DNA from: Candidatus Hydrogenedentota bacterium
GTDB lineage: Bacteria > Hydrogenedentota > Hydrogenedentia > Hydrogenedentales > SLHB01
DNA length: 61,379 nucleotides
NCBI GenBank assembly: GCA_034408725.1
Contig: JAWXCN010000222.1
Span: 1 to 61,379, forward strand
Direction: 5' to 3'
The notes beneath the pieces are model-generated. The model made no database searches, was not told the origin of the DNA, and was given only the letters and a program-made list of their open reading frames with translations. Below, in pieces: positions 28,291 through 39,139 of the stretch. Made by a program: the position numbers and the translations under genes. Each line of letters begins with the position of its first letter. Within the stretch, counting starts at the first letter, position 1.

Positions 28291-29241
28291 TCATCTTTTC
28301 CTTGGCGGATTCACCAACGTCTTCCACAATAGCCGCCGGAACTCGCCGGGTTTGCCAAACATGGGTTCGCGTGCAATGCACTCGATGGTGTGTTCACCTG
28401 GCTCCTTGAAGGTGTGTGTGAACTCCTCATCCTTTCCGGCGTCGCGTCCATCCAGTTTCCACGTGTGAATTGTATAGCCGCGCGGCGCGCGCAACACGAA
28501 GGGCTCGCGCGCGCGGACTTGCCACTTCATATCGGGATACGGAATAACGCGAAGCAAACCGCTCCATTGCGCGACAATCGCGTCGCCCTGCCGCGCTTCC
28601 ATATCGATCCGGTGGTCACCCGGAAAGCCGAGCACGTAGGACAACGCGTTTTTATCCAAGCCCTGGTCCACCACCGTGCCGTTGATTTTCCACGTGAACG
28701 CGCGGCCCGGCGGCGTGGGAACGCGCAGCGCAAACGTGCTGCCTTCGTATTGCCATTGCGGCAACCGTACGGTAACCGATTCGCGTTGTCCCTCCTTGGA
28801 CAAACCGAGCTTCGCTTTCATTTCCTCGACCGTCACGCCTTCGGCTTTGGCGCGGTTCTCAAGCGTGTCCGGCATTTGGTCGAGCGGCATGTCCACGGCA
28901 ACCAATGCATCACCCTGTTTCGTTGAGATGACCAGGGTGAACGTGCCGGACTGCGCTTCTTCGGGGTTCGGCTTGACCGTAATCGTTGCGTCACCTTTGT
29001 CACTCTTCGTAATCACAAACTGGTGGGTATAGGTGTTGTTGCCGATTACCGCGCGCACTTCTTTAATCGCTTTCGATGGCAATGGCTTTCCACCCGACAA
29101 CACCTGAATGGTGGCGGAATCATTCATCGTCGCAAACCGCAGATGATCGGGTTCGGCGGTTACGGCATTTTGCGCGAACGCGTTCCATCCAAAAGACATT
29201 GTGATTGCAAGCTGTGCCGCAAATGATGCGAGCGATTTCAT
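28291..29241 (-). CDS. Exported hypothetical protein with PKD/Ig-like domains
   Basis: Signal peptide ending AFA; FTWKING and HTFKEPGEHTI PKD-like motifs. Confidence 0.7.
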   Translation of the reverse strand: MKSLASFAAQLAITMSFGWNAFAQNAVTAEPDHLRFATMNDSATIQVLSGGKPLPSKAIKEVRAVIGNNTYTHQFVITKSDKGDATITVKPNPEEAQSGTFTLVISTKQGDALVAVDMPLDQMPDTLENRAKAEGVTVEEMKAKLGLSKEGQRESVTVRLPQWQYEGSTFALRVPTPPGRAFTWKINGTVVDQGLDKNALSYVLGFPGDHRIDMEARQGDAIVAQWSGLLRVIPYPDMKWQVRAREPFVLRAPRGYTIHTWKLDGRDAGKDEEFTHTFKEPGEHTIECIAREPMFGKPGEFRRLLWKTLVNPPRKR

Positions 29242-29299
29242 CTATGTCGCCTTTCCAACAATTCCCGTAGCGATATTATATCCGCTCTCGGCGGAAGGG

Positions 29300-32128
29300 T
29301 TATGCGCCGCGCGCAAGCGCGTTTGCGATCAGTTCGGCCATGTGAATCGGCGTGACGTCCGTGAGATGGTCGATCTGGTGCCTGCAACTCGTTCCCGACG
29401 CAACTACTTCGGTGCCCGCCGCTAGCGCGTTGATTTGGTCCACGAGAGGTTGCGCGACGGCTAGCGAGAGATCGTATTTCGACGCCATTTGGCCGAACGC
29501 CCCGGCCATGCCGCAACATCCGGTATTCAACATAGTGACTGTTGCATTCGGCAACCGGTCGCACAGTTTTTTCATGATGGAAGTATTCGTCAGCGCCTTC
29601 GCATGGCAATGCGCATGAATTGCAACCCATGCGAAGCCGGGATCAAATTCCAGCGCGTGAGGTTCGCGCTCCAACAAGTCGTACAGGAACTGCTCGAACA
29701 GTTTGCAGCGTTTTGCCACGTCCCGCGCGCCAGGCACCTTCAATTCGATATAGTCTTCGGCGAACATCGAGTAACACGACGGCTCCAGAAATACAATGGG
29801 ATCATCGCTGTCCCGTAGCAGCGCGATATTGTGAACTCCATTCGCGCGCGCGGTATCCAGGCAACCGACGCTGAACGCGGGCCTGCCGCAGCAAACACGG
29901 TTGGAAGCCAGCGCGACCTCGAAGCCCGCAGCTTCGAGCACCGCGACCGCAGAGACGCCGATTGCGGGTTCGTGATAACGCACAAATGTGTCGTCCCAAA
30001 GAATTACGCGGCCGCGTGTGGGCGTCTTGGCGGGCGCATGCCGCGCGAACCAGCGATCAAACCGGAATGGCCCGTATGGTGGAAATGGCCGTTGCGGTGC
30101 GAACCCAAGGGTCTTGGCGGACAGCGTTCGCAGAGGAGACCATTTCATCATGGCGTTTGCAAGCCGCGGTGCAATGGTCGCCATGCGGCCCATCAAGTCG
30201 ACATTGCTGATCACGCGGTCGCGGAGAGGAACGCCGTCCCGCCGATGCCGGGCGTGCAGGAGTTCCGCTTTCAACAGCGCCATGTTCACGTTCGATGGAC
30301 ATTCCGTTGTACAGGCCTTGCACGAGAGACAACTGCCGAGAGCCAGCTCGAGCGACGCGGACGTAAGCGGGTCTTCCAGGATGCGTTGTTCGAGCACCGC
30401 GCGAATTGTGTTCGCACGGCCCCGCGTGGACATAATTTCATCGCCGGTCACCGGATAAGTCGGGCACATTGTCGGCGCGGCTTTCCGGCAACCGCCGCAA
30501 CCGTTGCATTGTTCCAGATTGCCGATGAAGGATTCGTCTTTCGCCGCAAACGCCAAAACCGGTTCAAAAGGAAGTGGAATCGTTCGGCCCGGTCCCTGGC
30601 GAAGGTTCGTTTCGATGCGATAGTCCTCTTGTCCGGGGACGATTTTGCCGGGATTGAAAACATTCTTCGGATCAAACAACGCTTTGATGGTGCGCGTCAG
30701 GTCCATGATCTCCGCGCCCATGTGTTCGGGCATGTATTCCGTGTGCCCGATGCCGACGCCATGCTCGGCTGAAATCGAACCTTTTACCTCTCGCACGAGC
30801 GCGGATACATCGTCGGATATTTGCCGATACCTTTCCACGTCTTCGGCGCGATGCAGGTCCAGCACGGGCCGCACGTGCAGCAACCCCGCGGCGGCGTGCC
30901 CGTAGAACGATCCTTCAAGGCCGCGCTTTGCGAAAATGCTCAACAGGCCGTTGACGTATTCCGGCAGCTTGTGCGGCGGCACGGCCACGTCTTCGATACC
31001 CGGCACGGGTTTGGCAGCGCCCTTGCAACCAGTGAGCAGTGACAACCCGGCTTTTCTCAGGGTCCAGACCATCTCCATTTCGCGCGGCGCTTTGACGATG
31101 ATTTTACGCACGCCGATATCGCGCTTCGCGAGTTCCTCAATGCGATCTTCTACATCCTCGAAGAATTCAACGATGAGAATCGCCTTGCACGGCGCGCTGT
31201 CAAGGCCCAGGAGTTCGCGTGTTTCGACAAATGCAAGTTGGCCTCGCGTGGACTCCCAGAGAATGTCGTCGATCAATTCGATCGCGGCGGGCTTCAGATC
31301 AAGAATATCGAGCGTTGCATGGGCGGCATCCGGAATCGAATTCACGCAGATAAGGCACAGCCCTTTGTGAACGGGCATCGGGTTCAACGCAAGTTCAGCG
31401 GACGCGATCATGGCCAGCGTGCCCTCGCTGCCGGCGAGCACCTTCGTCAGATCGGTCTGGCTCCGCAAATACAAATCCAGCCCGTACCCCGGCCAGCGTT
31501 TATTGAGCGTATCCGGAAAACGCTCCCGGATCGTGTTGGCGTGTTGCTGGATCGCGGCATCGACCGCGCGCCGCAATTCGCCCAGCGTTTCGTATCCGGG
31601 GCCGATGGTTTCGATGCGGCCATCCGACATCACCAGTTCAAGCGCGCGCACGTGGGCCGCCGTCGTTCCGTACACGGGCACGTGCGCGCCGCTGCTGTTG
31701 TTCGCGATCATGCCGCCAAGCGTCGCGCGCGCGCTTGTGGCGACATCCGGGCCGAACCACAGGCCGTGCGGCTTTACGCGCGCGTTCAACTGGTCCAACA
31801 CCACTCCCGCGCCCACGCGCACCGTCCGGCGTTCCAGGTCGAGGTCCTCGATTGCGCGGTTGTAGCGTGAGAAATCCACGACCACGCCCCGGCCCAATGC
31901 GCCGCCGGACAGGCCCGTCCCCGCGCCGCGGGGGATCACGGGCAGGCCTGCTTCGCCTGCCGCGCACACGATTCGCGACGCCTCGCTTGCGTCCCGTGGA
32001 AATGCCACCGCGTCGGGCGCGATTTCGTAAAGCGAGGCGTCGGTCGCGTAGAGTTGCCGCGTAAGATCGTCCGTGCGCACGTCGCACGCGGCGGCCCGCG
32101 TAAACTGGCGAATTGCAGTAGCGTTCAT
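29300..32128 (-). CDS. FAD-binding, Fe-S cluster oxidoreductase (GlcD/YdiJ-like fusion)
   Basis: YATDAS, RGAGTGLSG, GSEGTL, SAEHGVG, CNGCGGC, CLSCKACTTECP, CCG domains. Confidence 0.92.
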   Translation of the reverse strand: MNATAIRQFTRAAACDVRTDDLTRQLYATDASLYEIAPDAVAFPRDASEASRIVCAAGEAGLPVIPRGAGTGLSGGALGRGVVVDFSRYNRAIEDLDLERRTVRVGAGVVLDQLNARVKPHGLWFGPDVATSARATLGGMIANNSSGAHVPVYGTTAAHVRALELVMSDGRIETIGPGYETLGELRRAVDAAIQQHANTIRERFPDTLNKRWPGYGLDLYLRSQTDLTKVLAGSEGTLAMIASAELALNPMPVHKGLCLICVNSIPDAAHATLDILDLKPAAIELIDDILWESTRGQLAFVETRELLGLDSAPCKAILIVEFFEDVEDRIEELAKRDIGVRKIIVKAPREMEMVWTLRKAGLSLLTGCKGAAKPVPGIEDVAVPPHKLPEYVNGLLSIFAKRGLEGSFYGHAAAGLLHVRPVLDLHRAEDVERYRQISDDVSALVREVKGSISAEHGVGIGHTEYMPEHMGAEIMDLTRTIKALFDPKNVFNPGKIVPGQEDYRIETNLRQGPGRTIPLPFEPVLAFAAKDESFIGNLEQCNGCGGCRKAAPTMCPTYPVTGDEIMSTRGRANTIRAVLEQRILEDPLTSASLELALGSCLSCKACTTECPSNVNMALLKAELLHARHRRDGVPLRDRVISNVDLMGRMATIAPRLANAMMKWSPLRTLSAKTLGFAPQRPFPPYGPFRFDRWFARHAPAKTPTRGRVILWDDTFVRYHEPAIGVSAVAVLEAAGFEVALASNRVCCGRPAFSVGCLDTARANGVHNIALLRDSDDPIVFLEPSCYSMFAEDYIELKVPGARDVAKRCKLFEQFLYDLLEREPHALEFDPGFAWVAIHAHCHAKALTNTSIMKKLCDRLPNATVTMLNTGCCGMAGAFGQMASKYDLSLAVAQPLVDQINALAAGTEVVASGTSCRHQIDHLTDVTPIHMAELIANALARGA

Positions 32129-32230
32129 GGTTACCACTATCGTAACGGCCCGTATGCACGCGAGCAAGAGCGATTATTGCGGTTGATCGGCAACAAGGAA
32201 ATCGGCAATGTGTGCGCGGGAGCAATAAGC

Positions 32231-33178
32231 GTGCGCGCAACCGACCCTTCTATAATTACCATCGATTGCCATTACGGCGGGCCGGGTTACGCGTCGGCGT
32301 ATCTCATTGTCGAAAATGGGCGCGCCGCATTCGTCGACACCAACACGGTTCACGCCGTTCCATACCTGCTGCGCGCGCTTGCCGAGGCTGGAATTTCTCC
32401 CGGCGCGGTAGACTACATCATCGTCACGCACATTCACCTCGACCACGCGGGGGGCGCGGCAGGTTTGATGCAGGCCTGTCCAAATGCGGCGCTCCTGTGC
32501 CATCCGCGCGCGGCGAGGCACCTCGCCAATCCGAAACGGTTGGTCGCCGCGGTAAAACAGGTCTATGGCGATGAAGTATTCGCACAATTATACGGCGTGA
32601 TAGAACCCATTGCGGACAGCCGGATACGCTCGGTGGAAGACGGAGAAACCCTTGCGTTTGGGAGGAGGAGCTGGACTTTCCTGCACACACTCGGCCATGC
32701 AACGCACCATATCTGCGTTCACGATTCCGCGGCGAACGGCATCTTCACGGGCGATTCGTTTGGTCTGTACTACGATTGGCTGACGCGCGATCCTGCCCGG
32801 CCCTTCATCGTGTGCCTATCGACGCCGACGGAATTCGATGCCGTCGAAGCGCGGCGCTCGGTTGACCGGCTTGTCGGGCGAAACGCCGAGCGCGCATACG
32901 TTGGTCATTTCGGTCCTTTGGAAGGCATGCGGACTGCCGCGCCAACATTGCTGCATACAATAGATGCGTTCGACGTGATTCAGGGGGAAGCGGTACGCAC
33001 GTCACTCGAAGGTGAAGACCTTCTCGAGTTTTGCAGGGAACGTGTCGAACGCGTCACGCTCGACTTGTGCGAAGCCTGTGGCAACCCGCCCAACGACGCC
33101 CAGCGCGTCCGGCTCACCGGCGACATGTTAATCAACGCGCGCGGTCTCGCGCACAACGCGCAACGTATGCGGCAATAA
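32231..33178 (+). CDS. MBL-fold metallo-hydrolase
   Basis: THIHLDHAGG, GHATHH, FTGDSFG; GTG start chosen by its RBS. Confidence 0.9.
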   Translation: MRATDPSIITIDCHYGGPGYASAYLIVENGRAAFVDTNTVHAVPYLLRALAEAGISPGAVDYIIVTHIHLDHAGGAAGLMQACPNAALLCHPRAARHLANPKRLVAAVKQVYGDEVFAQLYGVIEPIADSRIRSVEDGETLAFGRRSWTFLHTLGHATHHICVHDSAANGIFTGDSFGLYYDWLTRDPARPFIVCLSTPTEFDAVEARRSVDRLVGRNAERAYVGHFGPLEGMRTAAPTLLHTIDAFDVIQGEAVRTSLEGEDLLEFCRERVERVTLDLCEACGNPPNDAQRVRLTGDMLINARGLAHNAQRMRQ

Positions 33179-33193
33179 CCTGGACGCGCCCGC

Positions 33194-34024
33194 TTATATT
33201 GCGGGAAGCGCGGCGCCCAGTTCCGTCATCAGCGTGCTGTTGGCTTCGTCACCCTGGAGCGTATACGCATGAATGAGATTGTTCAGCGCGCGCCGCATCA
33301 GCTCCACCGGTTGCACGGGTTCCGCGAGCACGCGCCAAAGGTGCGGCGGCATGTGGGAACGAATTTTCGCGATTTCCTTGTCCGTAAGGATACGCCCCCC
33401 ATTAAAACAATCGAACAACAACGTGCTTCCGCCGATTCGCGCGCGCGCTAAAAAATGCTGCGGCGCGCAACACCCTTCAACTGCGACGCCGCACCGCGCG
33501 CCGACAAGAATGAAGACCGCCACCAAGCTGATCGGCAGCCCCAGCTTATGTTCGATGACATGGATCAAATTGCAATTCATGGGCGCGTAATAATCATTTG
33601 TATTGCCGCGCAGTTGCCTGGTTACGAACAGGAACCGGCTAAGTGAGAGTGCGTCGCGCGTGTGGCAGGTCGTGAGGAAATCCCGCGCAAGCCCGTCCAG
33701 CAGGTCGCGCAAGGTGATCGGCGGGAGCCAGCCGTACTGAAACTGGGCCAAGAGTTCAAATGCGGCTTCGAGCTGGGCGTTTGGCTCGTCGATCTCCGGC
33801 CACGCCCGCCACGCGTCCCAGCGCGCTTGCCCCTGTTTGTGCGACGTAATCATCCATTCCGCGATACGCCGCCGGTCCGCGGGAAGCTGATCCACCAACG
33901 CGCGCATTTCTTCCTCGAGCGTATCGCCAAAGGACAACAGCTCGCGCAAAACATGATCCCGCACATCCGGCGAATGATCGTCGAGCAATTCGATCAAATG
34001 AGGTATATCGTTTCGGTTCGCCAT
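33194..34024 (-). CDS. SirB1-like transglutaminase-core family protein
   Basis: LRGNTNDYY...N, GLPISL, PQHFL, DCFNGG, RALNNL. Confidence 0.85.
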   Translation of the reverse strand: MANRNDIPHLIELLDDHSPDVRDHVLRELLSFGDTLEEEMRALVDQLPADRRRIAEWMITSHKQGQARWDAWRAWPEIDEPNAQLEAAFELLAQFQYGWLPPITLRDLLDGLARDFLTTCHTRDALSLSRFLFVTRQLRGNTNDYYAPMNCNLIHVIEHKLGLPISLVAVFILVGARCGVAVEGCCAPQHFLARARIGGSTLLFDCFNGGRILTDKEIAKIRSHMPPHLWRVLAEPVQPVELMRRALNNLIHAYTLQGDEANSTLMTELGAALPAI

Positions 34025-34135
34025 TAGAACTCGCACCCGGGCCCGCGCAGCCACCAGTATATCAAAGCTATTGCTATGGTATCATTCGCGCCGCTCGAAT
34101 CGTGTTTTTTATTCGCATCAGCCCGGAAAGTTGCC

Positions 34136-36016
34136 ATGTCGATTTTCATTCGCTACCTGTGCGCGCTCCTGCTGCTTGCATCGACCGTTGGTTACGCCCA
34201 ACAGGCTGGTCTCCAACCGCCGGATATTGACTCGATGGCGCCGCAAATCCATCCCGAAGACATCAAGCGACATGTCTACTATCTCGCTTCGGACGTGCTT
34301 GCGGGCCGGCTCACCGGCGCGGAAGGCGAGCGGTTGGCCACGGACTACGTCGCGGAAGCTTTCAAAGACCTGGGACTTAGACCCGCTGGTGATGACGGTG
34401 GTTTTTTTCAGCCCTTCGACTTCACCGCGGGCGTCTCGCTCGCCGCAAATAACAAATTTACGGTAATAGTCGGCGAAAAAACGACGGAGTTCGCGGTCGA
34501 TAGCGATTGGCGCCCACTCGCGTTCTCGAAGACCGGCGCGTTCGATGCGCCGATTGTTTTCGCGGGGTATGGACTCGCCGCGCCGGAGTTGGACAGCCTC
34601 TCCGAATACGATTCGTACGTTCACCTCGATGTCACGGACAAGTGGGTGCTCATGTTGCGGTATATCCCCGAGGATGTATCCACCGAGCGTCGGCTTCATC
34701 TGACGCAGTACGCCGGGCTGCGCCAAAAAGCGATGGTTGCGCGTGATCGCGGCGCCACGGGCGTGCTGATCGTTTCCGGGCCCAACTCGGCGGCCGCGCA
34801 GCAGCTGGTGCCTTTAAATGTCGATGCATCGTTTGCGGGTTCGGGTCTCACTGCAATCAGCATAACTTCCGCGATCGCCGATGCGCTGCTGCAACCCACG
34901 GGCAAAACCCTAAAGCAGCTTCAGGATCAGTTGGATACCGGCGACCCCGTGATGGGCTTCCCTGTTCCCGACGCGCGCGTCGCGGCTTTCGTCGACATCA
35001 AGCAGGAGCGGCGCACGGGCCGCAACGTGCTCGCGCGGCTGGACCCTCCCAGCGGTCCCACACCATCCACGGTCGTCGTAGGCGCGCACGTCGATCATCT
35101 TGGGGCAACTGCCGGCGCGGGTTCACTTGCGCGGGACGACGAACGCGCGCGCATTCACAGCGGCGCCGACGACAACGCATCGGGCGTGGCGGGCATGCTC
35201 GAAATAGCGCAATGGTTTGTCGAAGGAGAACGGCCGCGGCCGGTGTTCGAAAACAGCATTCTCTTCGCGGCGTGGTCGGGAGAAGAATTGGGCTTGCTGG
35301 GCTCGGCCCATTTCGTCCGCGAGTTGGCCGAAGAACTGAATGTCGATACGCTTTCACCGGCGATTCTGGCGTATGTGAACCTCGACATGATCGGTCGAAT
35401 GCGCAAAAATGTCGTGATTGGCGGCGTGGGTTCAAGCTCGATCTGGGCCGAAGAAATCCCCAAATGGAACGAAGGAATCGACGTGCCAATCGTGACCCAA
35501 AATGACAGCTACCTGCCCACCGACTGTACCTCCTTCTTCGTGCGGGGCGTGCCGTTTATTAACGCTTTCACCGGCGCGCACGAAGACTACCATTCTCCCC
35601 GAGATACCGCGGACAAAGTGAATTGCGAAGGGGCCGCGAAGATTTCAAAGTTTCTCGCCAATGTTACGCGCGGTCTGGCGGAACGCACGAAACCTCCCGA
35701 TTACATCGGCCAGGCGAAACCGAAAGACGGCGGGACCAGCACGGGGCTGCGCGCCTATCTCGGCACGATTCCAGACTACGCGCAGCCGGACGTCGCCGGC
35801 TTGCCGCTTTCTGGCGTCGCTGAGGGCGGGCCTGCCGCTATGGCCGGCCTCAAAAGCGGCGACGTCATCATCGAGCTGGGTGGCAAGAAAGTAGAAAATA
35901 TCTACGACTACACCTATGCGATTGAGGCGCTAAAAATCGGCGCGCCGGTGAAGGTGGTCGTGGTGCGCAAGGGCGAACGGCACGAATTCGAGATTACACC
36001 CAGCGCGCGGGAATAA
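34136..36016 (+). CDS. Exported M28 family peptidase with PA and PDZ domains
   Basis: GAHVDHLG, GADDNASG, SGEELGLLGS, NLDMIGR, HEDYH, YLGTIPDY. Confidence 0.93.
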   Translation: MSIFIRYLCALLLLASTVGYAQQAGLQPPDIDSMAPQIHPEDIKRHVYYLASDVLAGRLTGAEGERLATDYVAEAFKDLGLRPAGDDGGFFQPFDFTAGVSLAANNKFTVIVGEKTTEFAVDSDWRPLAFSKTGAFDAPIVFAGYGLAAPELDSLSEYDSYVHLDVTDKWVLMLRYIPEDVSTERRLHLTQYAGLRQKAMVARDRGATGVLIVSGPNSAAAQQLVPLNVDASFAGSGLTAISITSAIADALLQPTGKTLKQLQDQLDTGDPVMGFPVPDARVAAFVDIKQERRTGRNVLARLDPPSGPTPSTVVVGAHVDHLGATAGAGSLARDDERARIHSGADDNASGVAGMLEIAQWFVEGERPRPVFENSILFAAWSGEELGLLGSAHFVRELAEELNVDTLSPAILAYVNLDMIGRMRKNVVIGGVGSSSIWAEEIPKWNEGIDVPIVTQNDSYLPTDCTSFFVRGVPFINAFTGAHEDYHSPRDTADKVNCEGAAKISKFLANVTRGLAERTKPPDYIGQAKPKDGGTSTGLRAYLGTIPDYAQPDVAGLPLSGVAEGGPAAMAGLKSGDVIIELGGKKVENIYDYTYAIEALKIGAPVKVVVVRKGERHEFEITPSARE

Positions 36017-36071
36017 TTATCGCGCTGCCTGCTTTGGGGCGCTATGCTGAATCGTGGGGAGGACACCTGCC

Positions 36072-37970
36072 ATGTTCAAACAATGCTTACGCGCCGCAAT
36101 CTCGATTATCGCTGTGTTTGCCGCCGGCATCGCCCAGGCACAAACTGCGCCAACGCTCGCCGATACTCGCGATGTGGAAGCGTTCATGGACGGCGTCGTC
36201 TCGACCGTCATGCGCCAACGCCAGATTCCCGGCGCGGTCCTCGTCGTCGTACACAACGGCGCGGTGCTTCTCAACAAAGGCTATGGTTACGCGGACCGCG
36301 ACAAGAAAACGCCGGTGCTTCCAGACCGCACGCTGTTCCGCATTGCATCCGTATCCAAAACGGTAAACGCGACAGCGATCATGCAATTCGTTGAAAGGGG
36401 TGAGTTCGATCTGGAAACGCCGGCCGCGGAACTGCTCGCGAAGTACAACGCAGCATTCGTAATTCCGGAACACTACGCGGAACCAATCCGGCTCATCGAT
36501 CTCATCAACCATACCGCGGGCTTCGACGAGCGCGCAATCGGTATGACGCGGGCTGGCATTAACGACGTGCCGGCGCTTGGCGATTACCTGGCCCGGCGCA
36601 TGCCCCCGCAAGTGATGCCGCCGCGTGAAACGATGAGCTATTCCAATCACGGCGTCGCATTGTCGGGGTATCTCGTCGAGCTTGCCGCGAACCAGCCCTA
36701 CGGCTCGTATATTCGCGATAACATTTTCGGACCGCTTGGCATGACGCATTCGGCGTTCGCGTGGGCGGAATCCCTCGCGCCGGATGTTGCCCAGGGGTAT
36801 GAGGTGGCAGGCGGGGCAGTGAAACCTGTTCCCTTTGATCACATCTGTATTGGGCCGGCGGGCGCCATGTTGAGTTGCGGCAGCGATATGGCGCGATACA
36901 TGATCGCGCACCTGCAAAAAGGACAACTTGACGGCGCGCGGATTCTCAATGAATCCACCGCTATCGAGATGCACCGCTTGCATTATAAACAGGATGATCG
37001 GCTTAACGGCGGCATGGCCGTAGGGTTCTTCACCGGCATGCGCAATGGACGCCGCATGCTCGAACACGGCGGCGATTTCAATGGCTTCGCCAGCGAACTA
37101 TTCCTATTGCCCGACGACGGCGTTGGTATTTTCGCCTCATGCAACGTGGACGACGGCGCATTGCGTTCCGCCATTGTCAGGCAATTCATGGACCGCTATT
37201 TTCCGTCGCCGGAACCTGCGGTTGCGCAGAAAGAAATTCCGTTCCAGGCCGACGCCGTAAGCCTGGCGGGGGTGTATCGCAGCAACCGGTATGGCCGGCG
37301 CAGCATTGAAAAACTGATTACGTTGATGGCGCAAATAAACGTGCGCCTTGACGGCGACCATGAATTCGTCGTCGCCGGCGCGAGCGGCGAGCCCGTACGG
37401 TTTGTGCAAACTAAACAGGGACAGTTTGCCGATCCGCGCACGGGCAGCACGATGGTGTTTCGCACCGGCGCGGACGGCGATGTCACGCACATGCTGCTGG
37501 ACGGCGCGGCCTTTGAACGGTTGAAATGGTACGAAACATCGAAATGGCAATTGCCCTACATCGCTGCATCAATTTTGCTTCTGCTTTCCGCCGTGATGTA
37601 TTGGCCCGTTGCCGCGTTGCGCCGCCGTGCTTCTTCGGATGCGGCCCCGGATGCTCCCGCGCATTATCGCGTCACGACCTGGTTCATAGCCGCGCTCAGC
37701 CTGTTCCTGTTGGTCATGTTCGCTTGGAACATGCTAAATCTCAACGAGTGGGAATTCGCATTCGAGATGCCAATGCGCATTGCCTTGCTGCTGTGCATTC
37801 CGCTCGTGCTCATCCCCGCCGCCGCGCTGCTGGCGTGGAATGCGCTCGCGGTATGGTGGCACGGGTATTGGCGGGTAGGCGCGCGCATTCACTACACCCT
37901 GGTCATCGCGGCGTGCATCGGACTGCTCCCATTCCTGCACTTCTGGAACATGCTCGGATTCAATTGGTAG
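36072..37970 (+). CDS. Beta-lactamase-family serine hydrolase with C-terminal TM helices
   Basis: FRIASVSK (SxxK), HTAG, YSN, HGG; signal peptide. Confidence 0.9.
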   Translation: MFKQCLRAAISIIAVFAAGIAQAQTAPTLADTRDVEAFMDGVVSTVMRQRQIPGAVLVVVHNGAVLLNKGYGYADRDKKTPVLPDRTLFRIASVSKTVNATAIMQFVERGEFDLETPAAELLAKYNAAFVIPEHYAEPIRLIDLINHTAGFDERAIGMTRAGINDVPALGDYLARRMPPQVMPPRETMSYSNHGVALSGYLVELAANQPYGSYIRDNIFGPLGMTHSAFAWAESLAPDVAQGYEVAGGAVKPVPFDHICIGPAGAMLSCGSDMARYMIAHLQKGQLDGARILNESTAIEMHRLHYKQDDRLNGGMAVGFFTGMRNGRRMLEHGGDFNGFASELFLLPDDGVGIFASCNVDDGALRSAIVRQFMDRYFPSPEPAVAQKEIPFQADAVSLAGVYRSNRYGRRSIEKLITLMAQINVRLDGDHEFVVAGASGEPVRFVQTKQGQFADPRTGSTMVFRTGADGDVTHMLLDGAAFERLKWYETSKWQLPYIAASILLLLSAVMYWPVAALRRRASSDAAPDAPAHYRVTTWFIAALSLFLLVMFAWNMLNLNEWEFAFEMPMRIALLLCIPLVLIPAAALLAWNALAVWWHGYWRVGARIHYTLVIAACIGLLPFLHFWNMLGFNW

Positions 37971-37976
37971 TTGTCA

Positions 37977-39026
37977 TCAGGGCGCGTGCTTTAACGCACG
38001 ATCTATGAATGCGTACGCGCGATCCCGCGTCTCCGGCGGAAAATCGTGTTGCGAATCCGGGTATTCGACCACGAGTTGGTCATCTGCATCGTGCAACGCG
38101 AATATTTTCCTCGCCGCTTCGACACTTTCACGAACGCCGCCCACATCGAAGTTGCTGTCGCCGGTGGGCGCGTTAATAAACAAATGGCGCGGCGCAATGG
38201 CCGCGAGAATGTCCGGGAAGTCGAACGGCATGCGCGCGGGGTCTTTTCCATAAACCGTATCGATACGCGGCATGTAGCCCCTATGCGTCCAGCCGGTCAG
38301 GTCTCCGTCATAATATTTCGCGAATCGCGTAAACCCGCAGCTCGTGACCGCGACCTTGATGCGCTCGTCAAACACGCTCATAAACAGCGTGTTGTGTCCG
38401 CCCAGCGAGTGGCCGATGCACCCAATGCGATCCGCATCCACTTCAGGCAGTCCTTGCAACAGGTCCACGCCGCGCATGTGGTTCCAGATGCCTTTCATCG
38501 TCGCGCTCGCATAGCCCATCGCGTACACGTCGATATCGTAATCCCCGAAGCGCGGATAATCCGGCGCAAGGCACACGTACCCGCGCGTGGCCAGTTCGTG
38601 AGCATAATCAAGATTCGTATTCTCGCCAAGGCCCGCGGGCTCGGCCTTGCCAATCTTGATGGTCTGATGCAGACACAGCATCGCCGGGGCTTTTCCATCA
38701 ATCTTCGATGGGATCAGCAAATAGGCGGGAACCCGGTCTCCTGATTCAGCCGCATACGAAATTTTCTTCCGCGAATACGCTGGCGTCTCAACTTCTTCCT
38801 CGACCCGCACATCAAGAGGCGCCCGTTTCGCGCCGTCCGGCATGTCTCCCATGACGAGTTGCATGTTGGCGAGCAAATGCTCGCGCCGGGTACGCCACTC
38901 GACCGGTGAAGTAATGGGAGCTTCGTCGCCCGACTCGTTTCGCACGACGAGGAGATTTAGTTTGTCGGCGTAGAATGGCGGAGGCGAATCACCGGCCGCG
39001 AGCAATAACAACGCAATGAAAATCAT
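37977..39026 (-). CDS. Exported alpha/beta hydrolase (dienelactone hydrolase/esterase-like)
   Basis: VPAYLLIP, CLHQT, GHSLGG, IAPR, HDFP. Confidence 0.85.
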   Translation of the reverse strand: MIFIALLLLAAGDSPPPFYADKLNLLVVRNESGDEAPITSPVEWRTRREHLLANMQLVMGDMPDGAKRAPLDVRVEEEVETPAYSRKKISYAAESGDRVPAYLLIPSKIDGKAPAMLCLHQTIKIGKAEPAGLGENTNLDYAHELATRGYVCLAPDYPRFGDYDIDVYAMGYASATMKGIWNHMRGVDLLQGLPEVDADRIGCIGHSLGGHNTLFMSVFDERIKVAVTSCGFTRFAKYYDGDLTGWTHRGYMPRIDTVYGKDPARMPFDFPDILAAIAPRHLFINAPTGDSNFDVGGVRESVEAARKIFALHDADDQLVVEYPDSQHDFPPETRDRAYAFIDRALKHAP

Positions 39027-39139
39027 GTTGTCTCTCCGGTTTGTCCATGCGTTCTAACAGACCGCGCGCGCGCGGTCAATTTCCCGGATCGCTGGCAGGA
39101 GGACCTGCGTTTGTGCTATTTTCCGTGCCGGAGCGTGTA